The notes under the pieces were generated by a model. The model saw nothing but the letters and a program-made list of their open reading frames with translations. It had not been told where the DNA came from and searched no databases. A DNA stretch of 63,451 nt, counting the filler, from Octopus bimaculoides (lineage: Eukaryota), in assembly GCF_001194135.2 (NCBI RefSeq). It is 6 parts of 5 records of this genome, joined end to end, with 100 filler letters (N's around TTAATTAATTAA, not from the genome) between each part and the next. Parts side by side here need not be neighbours in the genome. Positions count along the whole stretch, not along the records: positions 62,212 to 63,451 come from NC_068986.1; 5 more parts are not named here. The stretch is one strand, 5' to 3'. Position 1 is the stretch's first letter; each line of letters begins with the position of its first letter. The position numbers were made by a program, and so were the translations under genes. Positions 62,490 to 63,451 of the stretch are shown piece by piece.

Positions 62490-62498
62490 GAGAGAGAA

Positions 62499-62533
<35 letters not shown>

Positions 62534-63151
62534 CAGAGAGAGAGACAGAGAGAGAGACAGAGAGAGAGACAGAGAGAGAGACGGACAGACAGACAGGTAG
62601 ACAGACAGATAGTGATTGAGTGAGAGAATATTAAAGAGGAAGAGAGCGAGGGAAAGAAGGAGAGATAGTGTCCGACTGTAAATTTAGTGTGTTTGTTGCT
62701 GACATTTCACCCTCCGGTTCTTTTTAAGTTACGCTTGCCTTGGAACGGCCATTTGCGAATCTCTGATTTTCCCCAGAACCTTCTTAACTGTCATATTGCC
62801 AACACTATCGTAGATATCAACACCAGCAACCGCCACCACGATCACGACGACCACTACCACCATCACTGTCGCTGCCGCCGCCGTCACAGCTACCATCACC
62901 GCCACCATTACCGCCACAAAAACAACTAAAACAATAACAACGACAGTAACATCAATAACATGACCAATAAACTAATAATCGTAAGAAAACGACTTACCAT
63001 TAAGTATCGTAGATCATCTTATCTTCACTTTCACAATTTGTCTCCAGTTTGTAAGAAGCACACACCTACATCCTCGAATACATAGGCGACCAAACGCATG
63101 CACTCAAGCGCACGCTTAGGCATGTACACACACTCACTACTTATCTCTCTT

Positions 63152-63188
<37 letters not shown>

Positions 63189-63297
63189 AACACACACATA
63201 CAAACACATACACATTCTCACACATGCTTGTATTCGAACTAATATACATAAGCATTAATGTAACTACCTACGGATATACCTAACTACATGTCTATCA

Positions 63298-63365
<68 letters not shown>

Positions 63366-63451
63366 ATCTATCTATCAATCTATCTATCTATCAATCTATC
63401 TACCAACACATGTGAATATGTGTGTATGTGATTGTGTGTGTGTCTGTGTTG

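Overview
Eukaryotic, AT-rich, repeat-saturated DNA. The repeat families look like Octopus/coleoid cephalopod, but that is my recognition of them, not a database result. The window is not one contiguous locus: five identical 100-bp spacers (44 N + TTAATTAATTAA + 44 N) join six separate assembly pieces, and many ordinary N gaps lie at microsatellites. I recognise no host protein-coding gene, rRNA, true tRNA or CRISPR array. Almost all track ORFs are microsatellite or N-gap read-throughs. Supported content: (i) decayed DD34D mariner transposons at 13764-15030 and about 15901-17130, plus a mariner MITE; (ii) several fragments of Dong/R4-clade non-LTR retrotransposons (RT, CCHC, restriction-like endonuclease), most next to (AAT)n-type trinucleotide tracts; (iii) dozens of copies of about four SINE-type families, several with clean TSDs; (iv) a hAT/Charlie-like MITE and a Merlin-like MITE; (v) short TA-associated repeats carrying minimal hammerhead-ribozyme-like motifs. 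The most striking unexplained structure is a foldback palindrome at 40153-42015 with about 350-bp arms. It only becomes visible after removing two younger insertions from its right arm. Nothing here amounts to a demonstrated new biological system. The best leads are the hidden palindrome, the hammerhead-like motifs and the microsatellite-targeted retroelement cluster.
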